Source of the DNA: Verrucomicrobiota bacterium
GTDB lineage: Bacteria > Verrucomicrobiota > Verrucomicrobiia > Opitutales > Cerasicoccaceae
Assembly (NCBI GenBank): GCA_039818205.1
Contig: JBCBUK010000001.1
Coordinates: 192,001 to 256,000 of the forward strand
Reading direction: 5' to 3'
DNA length: 64,000 bases
Shown in pieces: positions 51,469 through 61,054 of the stretch; position 1 is the stretch's first letter, and each line of letters begins with the position of its first letter. The position numbers and the translations under genes are program-made. The notes under the pieces were generated by a model. The model saw only the letters and a list, made by a program, of their open reading frames with translations, was not told the origin of the DNA and did not search any database.

Positions 51469-52050
51469 ATGAAAACCATATCTGCCTTCTTCCCTTCGAT
51501 CGCCGCGATCGCCGTCTTCACCTCCGTAGCAAGTGCCTGCGGCATCTACGTTGAGGACGAATCTGAAATCGAAAATCCGTTCATCGACACTCGAAGCTAC
51601 GCGGACACCGTCAATGAATCCCTTCAACTGCGGGAGCTTCGGCGGCTGACCGAAAACGAATTCATCGAGGCGATAAAATCAGGCGAATACATCCTGTTGG
51701 ATGCTCGCAGCAAGGCCAACTATGACCTCCGCCACATCTTTGGCGCCGTCAACCTGCCCTTCACCGAGTTCACGGCGGATAACCTTGCCCGCATTGTTCC
51801 AAGTAAGGACACAAAGATTCTCATCTACTGTAACAACAATTTCTTTGCCGGCACAGAGTCGTTGATTACCAAGAGCATTGCCGCTTCACTCAATCTGAGC
51901 ACGCAAGCCGCTCTCAATGCCTACGGCTACAAGCAAGTTTACGAGCTGGGTCCACTGCTCGATATGCGAACCACCAAAATTTCATTCGCTGGAACCGAAG
52001 TCGTGCAAGAATTAGTCAGTCAGTGGGATTTCTTCATGCTTGACCGCTAG
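51469..52050 (+). CDS. Secreted rhodanese-like protein
   Basis: Signal peptide; LLDARS..HIFGAVNLPF; LIYCNNNF; YGYKQVYEL. Confidence 0.85.
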   Translation: MKTISAFFPSIAAIAVFTSVASACGIYVEDESEIENPFIDTRSYADTVNESLQLRELRRLTENEFIEAIKSGEYILLDARSKANYDLRHIFGAVNLPFTEFTADNLARIVPSKDTKILIYCNNNFFAGTESLITKSIAASLNLSTQAALNAYGYKQVYELGPLLDMRTTKISFAGTEVVQELVSQWDFFMLDR

Positions 52051-52074
52051 CGGTGCGGGAAATTCCATGTCCCC

Positions 52075-52581
52075 ATGAGTCATGTTTCCCTGATCCTTAC
52101 CCTCAGCGGCGTTGATCGCCCCGGCCTCGTGCAAGAGCTAGCCAAGGTCGTTGCCGACAATGGCGGAAACTGGGAGCAGAGTCGGATGGCTCACCTAGCA
52201 GATCGATTCGTTGGCCTGCTCGAAGTTATGGTCGCCGAAGACAAAGTAGATCCGCTCTGCGCAGCATTGCGCAACCTACCCGATCTATTCTTAACCATGC
52301 ACGTGGATCGCCCGGCAATTGAAGATCATCGCGGCGTTTTCTCATTGGAACTTCTCGGCAGCGACCAGCCCGGGATTGTCCAGAAAATCACGCAAGCGTT
52401 GGCCAATGCTCATGTAAACATCGAAGAAATTACGACCTCCACTGAAGCGGCCCCGGATTCGGGAGCCCCGCTTTTTCGGGCGCGTATGCGTCTGACCGGC
52501 GGCGGTGATCAGGATGAAATTCGCCAGGAGTTGGAAGCGATCGCCCATGACCTAATGGTCGAGATCAAAGTCGAGTCCTAG
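52075..52581 (+). CDS. GcvR-like tandem-ACT protein
   Basis: GVDRPGLV..GGNWEQSRM; GSDQPGIV..NIEEI. Confidence 0.88.
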   Translation: MSHVSLILTLSGVDRPGLVQELAKVVADNGGNWEQSRMAHLADRFVGLLEVMVAEDKVDPLCAALRNLPDLFLTMHVDRPAIEDHRGVFSLELLGSDQPGIVQKITQALANAHVNIEEITTSTEAAPDSGAPLFRARMRLTGGGDQDEIRQELEAIAHDLMVEIKVES

Positions 52582-52627
52582 ATTTTGTGGTTGTGTGCTG
52601 ACCATCAAGCGCTTAAGAAATACAGCA

Positions 52628-53086
52628 ATGTGCGCTGATACCTTACGTAGCCCCGAAAAACGAGCGATCCGACAGTTTTCAATTTTTGCTGATAACAAAG
52701 TCGGACGCCTTAATGACTTGGTCATGATGATGGCCCAGAACGACATTCACATTTTGTCGATCTGCACGGTGGATACCACGGATAGCGCGATTATCCGCCT
52801 AATCCCCGATTATTGGGAGCCCGCAAAACAGCTCTTCGAACGGCACAAATTCGCCTATTCGCTCAACGAGGTCATGGCCGTCGAATTCAATACTGAAGAA
52901 GACCTGCGCAAGGTAACCTGTGCGCTCACGCAGGCAGAGATCAATATCCACTATACCTACCCGATGCTCATGCGCCCCGAGGGCCGCTGCGGGCTAGTCC
53001 TGCACCTCGAGGACAATGAGATGGCAGCCGACATTCTACAGAGCAGCGGAATCAAGGTGCTCGATCTGGATGATCTCGCGCGCTAA
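52628..53086 (+). CDS. Tandem ACT-domain protein
   Basis: QFSIFADNKVGRL, AEINIHYTYP. Confidence 0.85.
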   Translation: MCADTLRSPEKRAIRQFSIFADNKVGRLNDLVMMMAQNDIHILSICTVDTTDSAIIRLIPDYWEPAKQLFERHKFAYSLNEVMAVEFNTEEDLRKVTCALTQAEINIHYTYPMLMRPEGRCGLVLHLEDNEMAADILQSSGIKVLDLDDLAR

Positions 53087-53095
53087 GGGCCCGGG

Positions 53096-53557
53096 CTAAT
53101 CAAGAACCGGGCTGAATGGACCCGACGTTAGCTTGTCGTATTTGAGTTTCAGGTAGCGTTCGATACGCTTCACGGCATCATCGCCATAGACCTCCTTCAC
53201 ATAGCCAAACATCTCGGTGCGCAGGCGCTGGCACTCGGCATTCACTTCCGGCGGAAAGGAACGCCCCTCGAAGCTATCACCGCTAAGCGCCTCAACGCGT
53301 GCTGCGATTGGACGCAGATCGGCTGACACCGTGGTGAGCTTTTGTGGGTCATTGTAAAACGCCGCCAAATATCCAAGCGTTTCGACGACCGGCACCCGGT
53401 AATGGATGTTCAGAGTAACCCGTTCGGGCTCCTTCCAACGGTCCTCTGCCATCTCCAACCGATCCATACGGCGACGTTCCTTGAACATCGAGGGCGCTGC
53501 GACCAGCTCCAGCGAAAAGACGACGGCCAATACGCCGATAATCAATCTAGCTTGCAT
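53096..53557 (-). CDS. Secreted hypothetical protein
   Basis: Signal peptide. Promoter TTGACC-N17-TGTATT-N6-ATG. Confidence 0.65.
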   Translation of the reverse strand: MQARLIIGVLAVVFSLELVAAPSMFKERRRMDRLEMAEDRWKEPERVTLNIHYRVPVVETLGYLAAFYNDPQKLTTVSADLRPIAARVEALSGDSFEGRSFPPEVNAECQRLRTEMFGYVKEVYGDDAVKRIERYLKLKYDKLTSGPFSPVLD

Positions 53558-53629
53558 CAGCCCAATACATCCTGGGAAGCACCCCGGGTCAAGTCTGCCC
53601 TAACGGGGACCAATCAAAGCGGTCACTAG

Positions 53630-54406
53630 CTAGGGTTGCTCCGACCGGCCAAGCAAATCCTCGATAAACATTCGGCGCTCTTCATCCGTCAGATTATCAA
53701 AACGGCCGTATACCTCTTGATAGGACGGAAGGCTATACCAGCGACTTACACCAATGCTGAATGTAGGTTCGATCCCCGAAGCACTGCTGCCAAACGAACG
53801 ACCAACAACGCTACCGGCCGAGGAGCTGCTTCCTTGATCAGTCTGTGACTGGGAACCAGTGCTCACGACCTCTCCCTTCATATAATGAATGTAGGCCCGC
53901 GCTGGGTGGAAGGTGTTCCGAATGTGATTCTGAAAAAGCCCGGCAATGGACTCCCGACTAAAAACCGGCGCATCAGTGTTCTTACGCGCAGAATACTGAT
54001 TCATCACCTGCAAGGAGAACGACGCATTGCCCTCAGGCAAATCCAGGCTGAACTCGGAGAGACCAGCTCCCCCTTGCGATCCGCCTACCCAGTGAATCGG
54101 CTCAAACTTGAGTCGGTCTGAAATATCCAATCGCTGCCCATCTCGATTCTCTAGGAAGAATGAAAACTCATCGGTATCATCGTCATAGCGCTTAATCAGG
54201 TAGGCGCCGCGAAACTCGGGCCTTTCATTGATCCGAACCAGAGAGTTGACCATGGTACGCTGGGTGTATCTTACCGCGCGGGCACGGTCACCCTCGTCAA
54301 CGAAAATGGTGACGCCAAACATCACCCGCCACTCATACACAATCGCTTGCGCATCCGCGGCAAGGATGGCGATCGCAAGCCCTAAAATATTACGGAAAGA
54401 CTTCAC
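53630..54406 (-). CDS. Secreted hypothetical protein
   Basis: Signal peptide ending AQA. Promoter TTGTTT-N16-TAGGCT-N7-GTG. Confidence 0.65.
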   Translation of the reverse strand: MKSFRNILGLAIAILAADAQAIVYEWRVMFGVTIFVDEGDRARAVRYTQRTMVNSLVRINERPEFRGAYLIKRYDDDTDEFSFFLENRDGQRLDISDRLKFEPIHWVGGSQGGAGLSEFSLDLPEGNASFSLQVMNQYSARKNTDAPVFSRESIAGLFQNHIRNTFHPARAYIHYMKGEVVSTGSQSQTDQGSSSSAGSVVGRSFGSSASGIEPTFSIGVSRWYSLPSYQEVYGRFDNLTDEERRMFIEDLLGRSEQP

Positions 54407-54453
54407 GTAAGAGAGCCTAGGATTGAAATTGTCCGAAACAAACTAAATTTACA

Positions 54454-54485
54454 AAAAAACACCGCGCGAAACCGCACGGTGTTTT
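54454..54485 (-). terminator. Terminator of the TPR gene
   Basis: AAAAAAACACCGCGCG-aaac-CGCACGGTGTTTT. Confidence 0.8.
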
Positions 54486-54506
54486 CAAAGAAATTGGATA
54501 TTAAAC

Positions 54507-55922
54507 CTAGGCGTTCTTCTGAGTATAGAAGGAGTTGATCTTATCAGCCACATCGAGGTAACCAATATCGTTGGAGTAAATAATTTTGTACTCCTCGATG
54601 GCTTTCTCCATATTGCCATTCTTCTCGTGCGCTAATGCGAGCTGATAGATGACCGACTTCTTGGTGTCGTCCATTCCAGGGATCTCTTTCTTGGCCTCCT
54701 CAAATTGGGAGATCGCCATGTCGTAGATGCCCTTCTCGGCCATTGCCCGTCCCAGCATAAGGATCGCCTTGACCCGAACCTTCGGGTTGCGCTGAGCCTT
54801 TTGGAATTCACTGATCGACTCGTCAAAATTCGATTCTTCGAAGAGCAAAACACCGAGCTCGTAACGTGCAGCGTAATCGTTCGGATACTTCTCAACGATG
54901 CGCCGAGCATTGTGCAAGCGAAACTGATGTTCCTCAGCATGGAGCTGATCGAGTTGCGCTTTTATTTCTGCATTCTCACCCTCTTCTTCGATCTGCTTTT
55001 CGAGCTTTTCGATCGCAGCACGCTTGATCGCCAGATTCAGATCAATCTCCAGGCGCTCGAGGGTTGGATCGCTCTTACCAGAGGCAGTTTCGCGGGCCAG
55101 GTTGGTGTAGTGGAGAGCTTGATCGAAGAACCCAATCGTCCGATAAGCACTGATCATCTCCCGGTATAGGGTGAGATTTTCTGGCTCCTCCTTGAGGAGT
55201 TCTAAATTCTTAGCGGCCAATTTTTCGACGGTTTCCTCGTCGTTGACAACACGAGCAGCCTGCTCGAGTTCGATGGCCTTTTCTTCGTCCGCCAGCTTGT
55301 CGCGGAATCCGCCTTCTTCTTCCCACTTACCTTCATCCATCGAATGGGCGACGGAGGCGCGGCGCACAACCTCTTGGGCTCCTTCATCCGCAGGATTGTT
55401 GCGAAGAATTTGATCGCCAATCGCGATGGCTTCCTTCGGGCGCTTCGCATGGATTAGCGCGTTGGCCAGCATCAAACTATTGTCGTCAGTCGACTCAACC
55501 TGGACGAGACCTTCGTAAGCAAATACCGCAGTCTCCCACAACTCGAGCTTCTCCGAAGCTTTTCCCAATAGGCGATGCCCGAGAGGCATGCTCGGATCCT
55601 CGGTGATCTTTTTCTCTGCCTGAATAAGCATAGAACTCGGATCCTTTTCCAGAGCACCCTTGCTCTTCATGGCAAAAGGCGCACTGGTAACCTTACCCAG
55701 CATTTTGCCGAGGCCACTGGTTTTACCAGATTTGGCCTTTTGTTGAGCCTGACGGAGCAAACGGCGAACGTCCAAGCACCCAGGGTGCCGGGTCACGATG
55801 CCTAGGAACACATCGACCGCGTAAGAGGGGTTCTTTGCGATGTTCTTTTTAGCAGCATCCACCTGCTTGCGCAGACGAGGATCGAGTTGATTGAGCGATT
55901 CTTCTTGCAGGGTGTCGGTCAT
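54507..55922 (-). CDS. TPR-repeat protein
   Basis: Repeated TPR helices (ARYELGVLL, AILMLGRAM, VIYQLALAHE), YLDVADKI. Start at MTDTL. Confidence 0.85.
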   Translation of the reverse strand: MTDTLQEESLNQLDPRLRKQVDAAKKNIAKNPSYAVDVFLGIVTRHPGCLDVRRLLRQAQQKAKSGKTSGLGKMLGKVTSAPFAMKSKGALEKDPSSMLIQAEKKITEDPSMPLGHRLLGKASEKLELWETAVFAYEGLVQVESTDDNSLMLANALIHAKRPKEAIAIGDQILRNNPADEGAQEVVRRASVAHSMDEGKWEEEGGFRDKLADEEKAIELEQAARVVNDEETVEKLAAKNLELLKEEPENLTLYREMISAYRTIGFFDQALHYTNLARETASGKSDPTLERLEIDLNLAIKRAAIEKLEKQIEEEGENAEIKAQLDQLHAEEHQFRLHNARRIVEKYPNDYAARYELGVLLFEESNFDESISEFQKAQRNPKVRVKAILMLGRAMAEKGIYDMAISQFEEAKKEIPGMDDTKKSVIYQLALAHEKNGNMEKAIEEYKIIYSNDIGYLDVADKINSFYTQKNA

Positions 55923-55995
55923 AGGAAATTTTGTAGAAACCTTCAGGCTAAGGCTATCACTTAGGCCGTCAACTTTCAATCTCGGCTTCTAATTC

Positions 55996-56511
55996 TTATT
56001 TAGCGCCCTGATCCCCAGCCGTTTCCTCGGCCTCATCGGCCTCAGGCTCGGGATCCAATCCGGCTGGCGAGTAGCCAACGCTGACCCCCATATTGGCAAT
56101 CACCTGCACTGCATGGTCGTCCCAAAACTCCACCATGTGGAGGTCTTTGGAGTTGGTAAACTCGATGCGTTCGAGCCCGTTTTCGGCCAACCATGCTCCG
56201 ACAGCAGCACGCCCCTCCTCTGTCGCGGCCCGGGCGGTCAAGATCTTGACTTTGACTCGCTTATGTTTTGTCCAGTCCTCGATTCGGGCAATCATGTCGG
56301 GAACGGGCGCGCCGATCGGACCGCTGAGGCCTTCGTCTGTCCGCTCAGAAAGCACCCCGTCGAGCCCAATACCGAGCCAAGAATGGGTATCCTTTTCATC
56401 CCGACTGTAGACACGCTCATCGTCGCTTTCGGCCGCATCGCCTGCTTCATCCGTCTTCGGTTCTTCAGGAGCGGGGGAACGGGAAAACAACTGTTTGAAT
56501 TTTGATAACAC
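55996..56511 (-). CDS. HAD-superfamily (phage PNKP-phosphatase-like) protein with degenerate motif I
   Basis: WLGIGLDGVL, IGAPVP, VKILTAR, TNSKD, FWDDHAVQV. Confidence 0.7.
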   Translation of the reverse strand: MLSKFKQLFSRSPAPEEPKTDEAGDAAESDDERVYSRDEKDTHSWLGIGLDGVLSERTDEGLSGPIGAPVPDMIARIEDWTKHKRVKVKILTARAATEEGRAAVGAWLAENGLERIEFTNSKDLHMVEFWDDHAVQVIANMGVSVGYSPAGLDPEPEADEAEETAGDQGAK

Positions 56512-56591
56512 GCTCGTCAAAATAGACTAGCAGATCGGGGAGTCAATGCGGACAGGGAGCGAAAATCCCCAAGAATGCCACGATCGAAAAA

Positions 56592-56624
56592 CAAAAAAGC
56601 AGGCGGCCGCGAACGACCGCCTGC
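56592..56624 (-). terminator. Terminator of gpmA
   Basis: AAAAAAGCAGGCGG-ccgcgaacg-ACCGCCTGC. Confidence 0.75.
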
Positions 56625-56644
56625 CAGCAAAAAATTTGGCTCAA

Positions 56645-57391
56645 CTACTTAGCCTTACCCTGATTGGCAACGGCCTCCATGGCAGCCTTTACCTTTTCAG
56701 GATCACCCAGGTAGTAGAATTTCTGTGTTTCAAAGTTTTCGTCCAATTCGAAGACCAATGGCATTCCGGTCGGGATGTTCACGCCGATAATGTCTTCCTC
56801 CGAAACCTTCGCGAGGTGCATATAAAGGGCGCGGAGGCTGTTACCATGAGCTGCGAGAACCACGGATTTGCCCGCTTTGACCTGAGGCTTAACCTCGACC
56901 TCCCAGTAAGGCAGGAAACGCTCAACGCAGTCCTTGAGGCACTCCGTTGCCGGCAGATCGTCTTTAGGCAAGTCTGCGTAGCAGGACTCATTGGCTGGGT
57001 GACGCTCGTCAGAAACTTCCAGTGGTGGTGGCGGTGTGTCGTAGCTGCGGCGCCAAACAAGCACCTGCTCTTCACCGTGCTTTTCCGCGGTTTCAGCCTT
57101 ATTGAGGCCCTGCAGGGCACCGTAGTGGCGTTCGTTGAGGCGCCAGTGCTTGATCACCGGAATGTAGTTCAAGTCCATTTCCTCGAGGGCGAGATTCAGG
57201 GTGCGAATCGCGCGCGTGAGTAATGACGTGTAAGCCAGATCAAACTTGAAGCCTTCCTTCTTAAGGACTTCGCCCGCTGAACGAGCCTGTTTTTCACCTT
57301 CTTCGGTCAGATTAACATCGGTCCAACCGGTGAAGCGGTTCTCCAGATTCCATTGGCTTTCGCCGTGCCGCAGCAATACGATCTTATACAT
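56645..57391 (-). CDS. gpmA: 2,3-BPG-dependent phosphoglycerate mutase
   Basis: [37 protein letters not shown]. Confidence 0.98.
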   Translation of the reverse strand: MYKIVLLRHGESQWNLENRFTGWTDVNLTEEGEKQARSAGEVLKKEGFKFDLAYTSLLTRAIRTLNLALEEMDLNYIPVIKHWRLNERHYGALQGLNKAETAEKHGEEQVLVWRRSYDTPPPPLEVSDERHPANESCYADLPKDDLPATECLKDCVERFLPYWEVEVKPQVKAGKSVVLAAHGNSLRALYMHLAKVSEEDIIGVNIPTGMPLVFELDENFETQKFYYLGDPEKVKAAMEAVANQGKAK

Positions 57392-57490
57392 GACGTGGTT
57401 ATTGGTTTAATTTTTCGCGCCCAGCCCACAGCATTACGCCCCAGAGTCAAGCCGTTAGGTCAGCCAAGGCAAATCTGTGACGGGCAAGGC

Positions 57491-58270
57491 CTAAATCTGG
57501 ATCATCCCCTGCAAATAAGCCGCAGTGTGACCCGAAATGAAAACGCGGTCTCCGGCAACACGACACCATAGGTTTCCAGTTCGCTTGGAAATTTGCTTGG
57601 CGGAGAGGTCCTTTTTCCCCAGACGATCCGCCCAATACGGCGCAAGGGTGCAATGGGCACTGCCAGTCACCGGATCTTCATCAATGCCGAAATTCGGCGC
57701 AAAGAACCGGCTTACAAAATCTTCCGATTCGCCGGGCCCGGTGACAATGACACCCCGCAAATCAAGATCTTTCAAACGTCGAAAATCGGGATCGAGGCCC
57801 GCCACCGCCTCGGCTGAGGAAAGCACGACCAGATAATCCGCCGCGCTCAGGCATGCTTCCGGCGAAACTCCTAACCCGTCCTCTAGTGCGACTGGCACCT
57901 CACAGGGAGAAGCCGGAACCGACGGGAAGTCTAAGGTCAATCGCTCCTGCTCGCGCAAAACTCGTAACGGGCCACTGTTCGACTGAAACTCAACCGCTGA
58001 CTTATCCGAGCAACCATGGTCCAATAGAACCCTTGCTGCGGCCAAGGTCGCATGCCCGCACAGATCGACTTCTTTCACCGGTGTAAACCAGCGGATGCGG
58101 TAGCCCGCTTCTTCCAACACATAGAACGCGGTTTCAGCCAAGTTGTTCTCCTCCGCGATCGCTTGAAGCATCTCTTCAGGCAGCCATTCCTCCAGCGGAC
58201 ATACCGCGGCTGGGTTTCCTTTAAACGGACGATCCGTAAATGCGTCGATCTGGTAGAGAGGGATTTTCAT
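57491..58270 (-). CDS. PhzF-family isomerase
   Basis: QIDAFT..GNPAAV, EVDLCGHAT, EDPVTGSAH. Confidence 0.93.
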   Translation of the reverse strand: MKIPLYQIDAFTDRPFKGNPAAVCPLEEWLPEEMLQAIAEENNLAETAFYVLEEAGYRIRWFTPVKEVDLCGHATLAAARVLLDHGCSDKSAVEFQSNSGPLRVLREQERLTLDFPSVPASPCEVPVALEDGLGVSPEACLSAADYLVVLSSAEAVAGLDPDFRRLKDLDLRGVIVTGPGESEDFVSRFFAPNFGIDEDPVTGSAHCTLAPYWADRLGKKDLSAKQISKRTGNLWCRVAGDRVFISGHTAAYLQGMIQI

Positions 58271-58317
58271 GTGGCCTCCAATGAAAGCCACGCGCCATCA
58301 GAAAGCAACGACGCAGG

Positions 58318-59193
58318 CTAAACCAGAACCATCACGATTGCGACCACGAGCATGAAGGCACCAATGAAACGGCGAACCATCACTCCCCGACCCGCTTCGC
58401 TTTCGCGGTTGCCGAACCAATGTCCGATCATCAACACCAGGACGACGCCCCAGAGGCCTCGGGAGGCATAGATAATGTTCACAGCGGTCGCATCTCCCCA
58501 AAAACCAATGGCGCTGCCAATCCCCAATGCTTGCAGCCCCATAAAACCCGCCCCACCAAGTAGCCAGGGCCAAGCCTTTTTCGGAATCTGACTCAGCGGT
58601 GCTTGGAAAAACGGAACCAACGTGAAGGACAGCAGAAGCATCGCGATGTTCACCACCACCAGGAAATAGCCCGGGCCGAAATCATGGGCATACTTCATCA
58701 CGAGGACATCGGTCAATCCGTATGCCGCGGAAGCGGCCAGCGCCATGCCTGCGGTTTTCCAGACTGCTCGCCGATTCGACCAATCAGAAAACCCGAGGAG
58801 AAATATTGCCACTGACGTCAAACCGGCAGCAATCCACCAAATTGTCGTCACGGGTCCCGCTCCGATCAGCACACTGAATGCGGCAACAAAGACCACCTTC
58901 GTCCCCATCATCGGCGCTTGTATCGAAACATCCCCAAAGCGAATGGCCGTAAACGTAAGCACATAACCAATAAAATAACCAGCTCCGGCAACGATGGGCC
59001 AATGTAGCTGGCTCCAGTCAGGTGGACCCGGATCGACCAGAAACAACGGTGCAAAAAATATCGTAAATCCGACGTTGGTGACAAATGAGAGCTGTAATAT
59101 GCCGACTCCTTCCTTCAATGCCCGCTTGGAGAAGAGAGACGATACCGCGTACAGCACCGCGGCAAGCGCCGGAAGGATATATTGAATGGGCAT
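58318..59193 (-). CDS. DMT/EamA-family transporter
   Basis: About 10 TM helices in two repeats; GDVSIQAP. Confidence 0.85.
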   Translation of the reverse strand: MPIQYILPALAAVLYAVSSLFSKRALKEGVGILQLSFVTNVGFTIFFAPLFLVDPGPPDWSQLHWPIVAGAGYFIGYVLTFTAIRFGDVSIQAPMMGTKVVFVAAFSVLIGAGPVTTIWWIAAGLTSVAIFLLGFSDWSNRRAVWKTAGMALAASAAYGLTDVLVMKYAHDFGPGYFLVVVNIAMLLLSFTLVPFFQAPLSQIPKKAWPWLLGGAGFMGLQALGIGSAIGFWGDATAVNIIYASRGLWGVVLVLMIGHWFGNRESEAGRGVMVRRFIGAFMLVVAIVMVLV

Positions 59194-59202
59194 GATCGGC
59201 CA

Positions 59203-60159
59203 CTAGCACTGAGCAATCGCGTCAGCGACCGCAAGACCGGACATTGCGGCTCCCTCAATCCTCGGTGCTGAGAAACCGTCGCCAGCCATCCACAGTTGGC
59301 GTTTTGGGTCAGCAAAATATTCGCGATCATGCTCAGTCAATCGCAAGGCATAGCGCCATCGGTGGATCATCCAGTCCAGAAGGTTCGCCCGGATAAATGG
59401 ACGGGCCGTATTGAAGAGTACGGTCTTCAATTCTTCGCTGCCCTTATCAAAATAGCGCTCAGCAAATTCCGGCCCACTGTGAATCGTGATGGATGGCGCG
59501 CCCGATACCCCTTTTTGCTGGTTGTCTCCAATCCAGGTGATGGGTTCCGGGTGATCGAATTTCAACATCCCTGGTGCAACCAAATTACTCGGTCCGTCCA
59601 AACGGCCCAACAGAGCAATACACTTAGCATACTGAATCGAACGCAAAAAGGTGTTGTCGGCATCGGTTAAAGCAGCGCCTCCTGCATCCAATATACCCAG
59701 GGCCTGTGGCACCGGCGGAGTCAACAGCAAGCAGGCAGCTCTCAGTTGAGTACCCGATTCAGTTTTCAACAGCCAATTCCTATCCTCGCGCTGCGCGCTA
59801 ATGACCATTTGATTCTGGTGCAGGTCGAGCTCTTCCGCCAAAAAGTGAGCAACACTGGTAATCGATGGGTGGCCAACGTATCGGGGAAAATCGTCTTCAC
59901 TACTGCGCCAATTCTTAATCAATCCTAAGCCTAACCAATCGTCTACTAGAGCCCGAAAACGTTCTTCGCGAGCCGTGAAGTATTGGGCTCCATGATCAAA
60001 ACGAGCGTGGCCATCAAAGCGGCTCGCCATGCGTCCCCCCACTCCAAAGGACTTCTCCAAAATGACTACGCGCATACCATAGTGGTCGCGCAGTCGCCGG
60101 GCTGCCAATAACCCTGAGATACCGGCACCTACGATCGCTATATCAAAACCCTCAATCAT
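59203..60159 (-). CDS. Renalase-like FAD/NAD(P)-dependent oxidoreductase
   Basis: VGAGISGL, GGRMASR, FDHGAQYFT, HRWRYA, IEGAAMSG. Confidence 0.9.
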   Translation of the reverse strand: MIEGFDIAIVGAGISGLLAARRLRDHYGMRVVILEKSFGVGGRMASRFDGHARFDHGAQYFTAREERFRALVDDWLGLGLIKNWRSSEDDFPRYVGHPSITSVAHFLAEELDLHQNQMVISAQREDRNWLLKTESGTQLRAACLLLTPPVPQALGILDAGGAALTDADNTFLRSIQYAKCIALLGRLDGPSNLVAPGMLKFDHPEPITWIGDNQQKGVSGAPSITIHSGPEFAERYFDKGSEELKTVLFNTARPFIRANLLDWMIHRWRYALRLTEHDREYFADPKRQLWMAGDGFSAPRIEGAAMSGLAVADAIAQC

Positions 60160-61054
60160 TCTGCTCTGCTAACAAATGCTCCAGAGCGGGACTGAGTTTC
60201 GGGAACGCAAATTTGAAACCCAGGTCTCGCAATCGTGCGGGAACTATTGGAGCGTCAGCAAGTAGAGTCTCTTCCGCCATTTCGCCAAAAGCGAGTTTTA
60301 ATGCAAAGGCTGGTGCTGGAATCTTAGCAGGTTTTCCAACCGCATTGCCCAACGCCGATGCGAATTCGCTATTTGTCACGATTTCTGGAGCGGTCAAATT
60401 GAATGGCCCAAAGGCTTCATCGGTGCTCAGGAGATACTCAAGGGCATGCACAGCGTCATCCAACGCAATCCATCCAAGACGCTGTTTCCCGGATCCGACT
60501 GGTCCGCCAAGGCCAAGCTTGAAAGGTGGCAGCATCTTCGCGAGCGCACCACCCTCTGGTGACAAGATCACCCCGAACCGGGCGATCGCAACTCGCAGCC
60601 CAAGTGACTCCGCCTTTTGCGCCTCGGCTTCCCAATCGCGACAAACCTCGGCCAAAAAACCGTTACCCAGCGGCGCCTGCTCGTCGACGGGCTCGCCGTG
60701 TTTGATCCCGTAATAGCCAACACCAGACGCCGAAATAAACACCTTGGGTCGTTCTTTTAGACGCTCGATCGATTCAATAAGCAATCGAGCGGAGTCAATA
60801 CGGCTACTGCGAATGACTTTTTTTCGGGCTGCTGTCCACCGCCCTTCAGCAATTCCAGAACCCGCAAGATGGATCACGGCTTCGACGCCCTCAAGTTGAC
60901 TGGCGTCGAGCGTCATTTTCTCCAGATCCCATTGTATGCCGTTCGGAACAACCGAACGCGAAATGGGAACAACGGAGTGTCCGCTCTTTTCCAACTGTTT
61001 AGTTAAGGCGCGGCCCACCATACCGGTGGCTCCCGTAATTGCGACTTTGCTCAC
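60152..61054 (-). CDS. TIGR01777/YfcH-family NAD-dependent epimerase-like protein
   Basis: TGATGMVG, HLAG..RWT, SASGVGYYG, GFLAEVCRDWE. The GTG start overlaps the upstream TGA. Confidence 0.92.
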   Translation of the reverse strand: MSKVAITGATGMVGRALTKQLEKSGHSVVPISRSVVPNGIQWDLEKMTLDASQLEGVEAVIHLAGSGIAEGRWTAARKKVIRSSRIDSARLLIESIERLKERPKVFISASGVGYYGIKHGEPVDEQAPLGNGFLAEVCRDWEAEAQKAESLGLRVAIARFGVILSPEGGALAKMLPPFKLGLGGPVGSGKQRLGWIALDDAVHALEYLLSTDEAFGPFNLTAPEIVTNSEFASALGNAVGKPAKIPAPAFALKLAFGEMAEETLLADAPIVPARLRDLGFKFAFPKLSPALEHLLAEQND

